Source of the DNA: Candidatus Iainarchaeum sp.
Lineage (GTDB): Archaea > Iainarchaeota > Iainarchaeia > Iainarchaeales > CSSED10-239
Assembly: GCA_937968065.1 (NCBI GenBank)
Contig: CALBUD010000070.1
Span: 1 to 12,900, forward strand
Length of the DNA: 12,900 nucleotides
Reading direction: 5' to 3'
Made by a program: the position numbers and the translations under genes. Numbering within the stretch: position 1 is the first letter of the stretch; each line of letters begins with the position of its first letter. Shown here one piece after another: positions 8,041 to 12,900 of this stretch. Below the pieces are notes generated by a model. It was not told the DNA's origin. It was given only the letters and a program-made list of their open reading frames with translations, and made no database searches.

Positions 8041-8156
8041 AAAAAATCATTTATTATATAGATTAAAGTTTATAATTATATTTTAGAGGCAACATTATTT
8101 AAATGTATTTTTTAAAATAAAAAACAAATAAAAAGATAACCTCGCATATAATAATT

Positions 8157-9431
8157 ATGCAAAAATATAATTGTGATCTTCATTATCATTCACCATATGC
8201 TGCAGCATGCTCAAAAGATATATCACTTCCTATTTTAGCAAAAGAAGCAAGCATAAAAGGACTAAATCTTTTAACCACAGCTGATATTTTACATCCAGTA
8301 TGGCTAGAACATGTAAAAGAAAACCTTGTAGAAGAAGAGGGTTCTTTTAGATATAAAGAAGAAATAAATGGAAAAAAAATATATTTTCTTTTAGGAACCG
8401 AAGTTGAAACTGAAAAAAGAATACATCATTTATTATTTTTTAAAGATTTTAAAACTATTGAAAATTTTAAAGAAGATATTAAAGAAGATTGTCAAGATAT
8501 GTCTGTTTATGGAAGTGGAAGAACTAAATTAAAAATGAATGCAGAAAAACTATTGTCTATTTGTATAAAAAATAAAATATTAATTGGTCCTGCACATATT
8601 TTTACACCTTATTTTGGGGTTTTTGGTCATTTTAATTCTTTAAAAGAAGCTTATGGAAAAGAATGGGAATATATTAAATTTGTGGAACTTGGACTTTCTG
8701 CAGATACATCTCTTGCAAATACTGTTCCTGATCTTAAAAACATTAAGTTTTTTTCATTTTCAGATTCTCATTCACCTAAAAGTTATAGAATAGGAAGAGA
8801 ATATGTCTCTATGCTTTTAGAAAAACCAAACTTTGAATCATTAAAAGATTTGCTTGAAAATAAAAAAGGAGAAATTATCTATAATATAGGATATAATCCT
8901 CAAGAAGGAAAATATAATCATACAGCTTGTAGAAAATGTTCACAGTTATATAATTTAAAGCAAGCAGAAGAAAACAAATGGAGATGTTTTGTTTGCAGAG
9001 GAATTATTAAAAAAGGAGTTAAAGATAGAATTTTAGAAATATCAATCATACAGAAAAATAAAGAACTAAAACAAATAACTAAAAGACCAGAATACAAATA
9101 TTTAATACCACTTGCACAAGTCATACAAATTGCAATAAATGAAAAAGATATAAATAATAAAAAAGTTATTGGAATTTATGAAAAATTTATTCAAAAATAT
9201 ACAGAGATAGAAATCATGCAAGAAATTTCTGAAAAAGAACTTGAAAAAATTGATAAAAATATTTCAAAATATATAATCTCATTTAGAAAAGATCTAGTTG
9301 TCTTCAAGCCTGGGGGAGCCGGGCACTATGGAGTTCCATTTATTTGTTTTTCAGAAAAAGAAAAATTAGAAAAACAAAAAGAAATTGAAGAAAATAGTTT
9401 CTTTAAATCTAATCAAAAAAAACTATTTTAA
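8157..9431 (+). CDS. Endonuclease Q (EndoQ)-like PHP-domain nuclease with internal Cys4 zinc finger
   Basis: ATG 8157, TAA 9429-9431, 424 aa. PHP metal motif CDLHYHSPY at the N-terminus, then IHHLLFF, LIGPAHIFTPY, VELGLSADTS and FSFSDSHSP..IGREY. Zinc finger GKYNHTACRKCS...WRCFVCRGIIKKGVKDRILE (Cys codons between 8928 and 8996). Late KPGGAGHYG motif. The order and spacing match what I recall of Pyrococcus EndoQ / the TIGR00375 family. Confidence 0.85.
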   Translation: MQKYNCDLHYHSPYAAACSKDISLPILAKEASIKGLNLLTTADILHPVWLEHVKENLVEEEGSFRYKEEINGKKIYFLLGTEVETEKRIHHLLFFKDFKTIENFKEDIKEDCQDMSVYGSGRTKLKMNAEKLLSICIKNKILIGPAHIFTPYFGVFGHFNSLKEAYGKEWEYIKFVELGLSADTSLANTVPDLKNIKFFSFSDSHSPKSYRIGREYVSMLLEKPNFESLKDLLENKKGEIIYNIGYNPQEGKYNHTACRKCSQLYNLKQAEENKWRCFVCRGIIKKGVKDRILEISIIQKNKELKQITKRPEYKYLIPLAQVIQIAINEKDINNKKVIGIYEKFIQKYTEIEIMQEISEKELEKIDKNISKYIISFRKDLVVFKPGGAGHYGVPFICFSEKEKLEKQKEIEENSFFKSNQKKLF

Positions 9432-9504
9432 TCTTTTGTATCTTGTAAAAGAAAAGATATTGATTTAGAGGTATGAATATTAAAAATAACTTTTAAAAAA
9501 AATT

Positions 9505-10878
9505 TCAACCTATTAAAACAATTAAAGGTTTTAATTTTACAACTTTTTTAACCATTTTTAACCTTTCCATAGAAGAAACAACTTTGTTTGAAGATTTGTA
9601 AGCACCTGGTTGTTCTTCTCTTGCTAGGTTTTCAGAAATGCTTTCTAAAATAACATTGTTTTTTTTCATAAGGCATTTTAAATCTTTAAAAGATATTTTT
9701 TCTTTAGCTTGTTTTCTTGAAAGAAATCTTCCAGAACCATGTGCAACTGAAGAAAAAGTGTTTAAAACCCCCTTATCTGGAACTAAGATATAACTTTCTG
9801 CAAGCATAGAACCAGGAAGAATTATTGGGGTTCCTGTTTTTTTAAAAGGAGAAGAGGCGTCTAAGTCTTCTGGTAAAAAAACTCTTGTAGCTCCTTTTCT
9901 TGTAACTAAATATTCTTTTCCAAAATGTTTTTCAAGAGTTGCAAGGTTATGTGTTAAATCATAAAGAAGAGAAAACTTAATTTCTCGTCCAAAATATATT
10001 GTTTTTTTAAACACATCTTCAACCATTTTTGATAAAACAATTCTATTTACAAAAGCAAAGTTTGCAGCAGCATTCATTGCTTTAAAATAATCTTGGCCTT
10101 CTTTTGAAGAAAAAGAAGTGTGTGAAAGCAGTTCTTTATTTTTAAAAACTTTATAATAATCACTTGCTATCTGATGTCCTAACCCACGAGAACCAGAATG
10201 AAGCATTATAAGTATTTGTCCTTTTAAAAGGCCAAATTGTTTTGAAACTTCTTTATTAAAAACTTTAGAAACTTCTAAAACATCTATAAAATGATTTCCT
10301 TGTCCTAAGGTACCTATTTGTTTTTTTCCTCTTTTTAAAGCTTCTTTTGAAATTTTAGAAGCATCTGCATTTTTTAGAGAGCCTTTATTATACATTCTTT
10401 TTAAGTCTTCTTTTTCACAATGTTTGTTGGACGTAGCCCAGATAGCACCTTTTTCTAATATTTTCTTATAGTCTTTATTATTAATATTTATCCCATTACT
10501 TGAAAGCCCAAGAGGCAATTTTTTTAATTCTTTTGAAAGAGTTAAAAGATCTTCTTTTTTTAAATCTTTTAAAAAAAGATTTGTTTTTATAATTCTAATT
10601 CCACAATTAATATCATAGCCTACAGCTTCTGAGCTTATGATTGCATCTTTCTTTAAAGAAGCAAAGACAGACCCGATTGGAACTCCAAAACCAATATGTA
10701 TGTCTGGCATAGCAAGGATTGGAGAAGAGATTTCTTTTATTTTAGAAATAGATGTTAATTGTTCTAGAGCTTCTTTTGAAACGGTTTTAAAAAGTTCTTT
10801 TGATATAACTATCTTTATCTCTTTATTATTTAAAGTAGTTTGAAAAAAACCTTTTTTATAAATAAAAGAAGTTTGCAT
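9505..10878 (-). CDS. rtcB: RNA-splicing ligase RtcB (3'-phosphate/5'-hydroxyl RNA ligase), archaeal/eukaryal-type
   Basis: ATG (complement of 10876-10878), TGA (complement of 9505-9507), 457 aa. Motifs AMPDIHIGFGVPIGSV, GYDINCGIR, GTLGQGNHFIDV, MLHSGSRGLGHQ, THNLA, ILPGSM and SVAHGSGR (the position of the GMP-attachment His). The protein ends in G. Confidence 0.95.
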   Translation of the reverse strand: MQTSFIYKKGFFQTTLNNKEIKIVISKELFKTVSKEALEQLTSISKIKEISSPILAMPDIHIGFGVPIGSVFASLKKDAIISSEAVGYDINCGIRIIKTNLFLKDLKKEDLLTLSKELKKLPLGLSSNGININNKDYKKILEKGAIWATSNKHCEKEDLKRMYNKGSLKNADASKISKEALKRGKKQIGTLGQGNHFIDVLEVSKVFNKEVSKQFGLLKGQILIMLHSGSRGLGHQIASDYYKVFKNKELLSHTSFSSKEGQDYFKAMNAAANFAFVNRIVLSKMVEDVFKKTIYFGREIKFSLLYDLTHNLATLEKHFGKEYLVTRKGATRVFLPEDLDASSPFKKTGTPIILPGSMLAESYILVPDKGVLNTFSSVAHGSGRFLSRKQAKEKISFKDLKCLMKKNNVILESISENLAREEQPGAYKSSNKVVSSMERLKMVKKVVKLKPLIVLIG

Positions 10879-10900
10879 ATATATTATATATACAAAATAG

Positions 10901-10910
10901 TTTATAAAAA
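10901..10910 (-). promoter_or_regulatory. Candidate TATA box for rtcB
   Basis: The complement reads TTTTTATAAA. It is centred about 27 nt upstream of the rtcB ATG, within the 33-nt gap after the upstream gene's stop. The spacing is consistent with a leaderless archaeal promoter. Confidence 0.35.
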
Positions 10911-10911
10911 G

Positions 10912-12900
10912 TTAGTTTTCTTCAAACACCCTGGTATTATAAAAAGAATCATAATAGTTATGTTCTTCTGTGTTTGGATAGTTTTCTATATCTTCATCAT
11001 ATGGAAAACTACTCATTCCTTTAAAAGGTAATGGAAGAGTATAGAAAGTACCTGCACTTTCTCCAAACTTTGCAACATTATAATATGTTTTTGAGGAAAA
11101 GATAACTGTTCTTTTTTCATCATTCTTTTCTGGGGCTTCAAATTTTAAAGTTAATTTATCTCCTTTTCTCATAATTACATATATATCATCCACATCTAAA
11201 AGTAAAGGAAGAACTTCTCCAAGTTTTGTAAATCTTCCAAACTGTGGAGTATCCTCTGGAGTTTTAAAGATAAAATTTGAAGTTGATTGAATACTTGAAA
11301 ATAAAGTTTGAGATTTAAAAAGATGAACTTGATTATCTTCTAGAATTGCTGAAAAAGGCAAAACTTCTGTTATGGTTACAGAAGCAGGAACAGATTCATC
11401 ATATCTTATTCTATCTATTACATTTATTGAAGTAAATCTACCTACATTTAATTTTATAACTTTATTATCAGATAAGAAAACATCTCCAAGTTCAATTGTT
11501 AATGACATAAAGTCACCTGTACTTCTTAACCATTCATTAACAACAACCCAGTTATTTTCTTCATCTAAAATAGAGATGGTTGAAGTTGTTTGAAAGTCAG
11601 TGTAAGGATCAAGTGCTCTTTCTTGATCGGTTTTATTATAAGTCCAAACATCTAAAAGTAGTTTGGAATATTCGTTTCCTTGAATGTCATCAAAATATAT
11701 ATAAAAAATATTTTCTTCATATAAATCATGTTCTGGAGCAAGATTATCTTTATATAATATTTCTTCAGTTACATTTCTTCCTTCTCTATCTAAGACTAAA
11801 GAAGGTGAGATTGGTTTTACAGTATATATTTTATTTTCATATTCTAGAATATCTGGTCTTCTTAAACCAGTAATTACAATTTCATAATCTTCAGGATGAT
11901 CAACTAATAATAATTTAGTATTATCCACATAAGATATTTCATCCATAGATTCAGATAAATAAAATTCATAAATATTATTTTTTGGAACTATTGGAACAAC
12001 GATTTCTGTTTTTTCATAAAAAGTTGGAATAGTTCCTCTTCTTGCACCTAAAGAACCACCAGCAAGATCAGTTAAATATGTAAAAGAACTACCATCTTTA
12101 AAGAAAAGTAAAGGGCAAGAACTCCAAGAATATCCCTCACAAGTTAGATTTGTGTAAGTCCCAGTTAAGGTACCATTTACACAAACTCTTTTTTGGACAT
12201 TATCCCCCCAACAATCTGAACTAGAATTTAAAAAATAACCTTTTGCTTGGCCATGATAAAGAGTTCCTTCTTCTGGAGTTGTACAAGAAGCACCACTTGA
12301 TAAAAAATTATAAACATTTAAAGGTATATGAGATTGATCTAAACTATCTGTAAAAATATAATCAATAGAACCAAGTTGACCATACTGATTATGACCCCAA
12401 ATTTTGCAGAACCGTTTACAATTGCACAAGTATGCCCAGCTCCAGCTGAAATTGCAGTAACACCCGAAGTTAAACCTTCAACTTGAACAGGAACAAAACT
12501 ACTAGAATCATCATTATTTCCAAGTTGACCATTATAATTATGACCCCAACATTTTGCAGAACCGTTTACAATAGCACAAGTGTGATATCTTCCTGCCGAG
12601 ATTTGAGTTGCAGTAGATATATTTGAAACTTTTACAGGAATAGATACGCTGAATGTAGATTCATAAATTCCTAACTGATAATATAAATTTAGTCCCCAAC
12701 AATAAGGAACCTCATTAATAAAACACAAGAATGTCTACTTCCTAAAGATAAACTAGAAAAATTTAAAGTAGGGGCACTATAAGTATAAGCTATGTTTCTT
12801 AAATAAATTAATTCATCGTTAGTTGTGTAAAGAATAATTGTAATTTTTCTTTCTTGTATTTCTAAAGAAGATAAATCAAAATCTTTAATAGCAGTAATTC
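10912..12900 (-). pseudogene. Large RCC1-repeat / Cys-rich / unassigned C-terminal-domain surface protein, 5' end outside the window, interrupted by two 1-nt frameshifts
   Basis: There are three overlapping minus-strand frame segments. The first, >12900..12689, I translated by hand; it ends ..LSLGSRHSCVLLMRFLIVGD*. The second is 12728..12339 and the third is 12429..10912, ending in TAA. RCC1 signatures recur every ~50 aa: HSCV..VPYCWGLNLYYQLG, GRYHTCAIVNGSAKCWGHNYNGQLG, GAGHTCAIVNGSAK-(shift)-IWGHNQYGQLG. The ORF-track 'starts' at 12728 and 12429 are TTG codons inside repeats. Confidence 0.7.
12388..12584 (-). repeat. Near-identical 47/48-nt direct repeat (two adjacent RCC1 blades), 149 nt apart
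   Basis: 12388-12434 (ATTATGACCCCAA-ATTTTGCAGAACCGTTTACAATTGCACAAGTATG) against 12537-12584 (ATTATGACCCCAACATTTTGCAGAACCGTTTACAATAGCACAAGTGTG). They differ by two substitutions and one missing base, between 12400 and 12401. Confidence 0.8.

Noticed and set aside
9431-9458. ATCTTTT ... AAAAGAT inverted repeat between EndoQ and RtcB as a terminator
   Set aside because: The stem is 7 bp and almost all A/T, with a long loop and no adjacent strong T-run on the plus strand. It is too weak to call.
593-11873. Short antisense or overlapping ORFs from the track (593-775, 1930-2154, 4256-4444, 5148-5360, 6429-6617, 7720-7908, 8918-9124, 10637-10843, 10840-11031, 11372-11593, 11580-11873)
   Set aside because: All lie inside or opposite much longer ORFs with recognisable homology. 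Their composition is low-complexity and F/I/L/K/S-rich, as expected from the antisense of AT-rich coding DNA. They have no RBS or promoter signals.
12726-12728. TTG at 12728 and TTG at 12429 as genuine start codons of separate RCC1-like genes
   Set aside because: Both lie inside RCC1 repeat units whose upstream halves are readable in a neighbouring frame. There is no RBS or promoter, and the ORFs overlap by 40-90 nt, as expected for frameshifted fragments.
1-12900. Searched for tRNA/rRNA/ncRNA-like GC-rich structured segments, CRISPR repeats, and transposase/integrase or terminal inverted repeats
   Set aside because: The intergenic regions are short (about 8-180 nt) and almost pure A/T, without cloverleaf-capable stems or regularly spaced repeats. 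The locally GC-richer patches (about 1261-1340, 4040-4100, 9301-9330) all encode Gly/Ala/Pro-rich conserved protein segments.

Overview
The window is very AT-rich by eye (not computed) and gene-dense, with mostly single-gene units on alternating strands. No rRNA, tRNA, CRISPR array, transposase or integrase is visible. The gene content fits an uncultured small-genome archaeon (DPANN-like) or a similarly AT-rich lineage, but I cannot confirm taxonomy without a search. That content is an RtcB RNA ligase with the archaeal/eukaryal-type GYDINCG motif, a PHP-domain/zinc-finger Endonuclease Q homologue, and secreted beta-propeller-domain (PF09826-like) proteins.

Confident calls are rtcB (9505-10878, -), the EndoQ-like nuclease (8157-9431, +), a membrane-anchored DsbA-like CPFC oxidoreductase (2265-2948, +), and two paralogous membrane-anchored beta-propeller proteins (72-2084 and 3850-6069, +). 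Less certain calls are:
- a basic ORF with degenerate kinase-like motifs (2972-3709, -);
- a winged-helix-like protein (6086-6757, -);
- a BofA-like small membrane protein (6902-7189, +);
- an orphan anchored protein (7198-8040, -);
- a large RCC1-repeat, Cys-rich surface protein that runs off the right edge (10912->12900, -).

The most unusual thing I can actually see is that both large surface-protein loci are interrupted while the housekeeping genes are intact. The second propeller paralogue keeps one frame for 2.2 kb but has exactly two in-frame TAA codons. The RCC1 gene has two single-base frameshifts at 4-nt homopolymers, one of them inside a near-identical 47/48-nt repeat.

I do not see a clearly definable novel multi-gene system such as a defence island. 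The best candidate module is the propeller / DsbA-like / kinase-like / propeller cluster at 72-6069.
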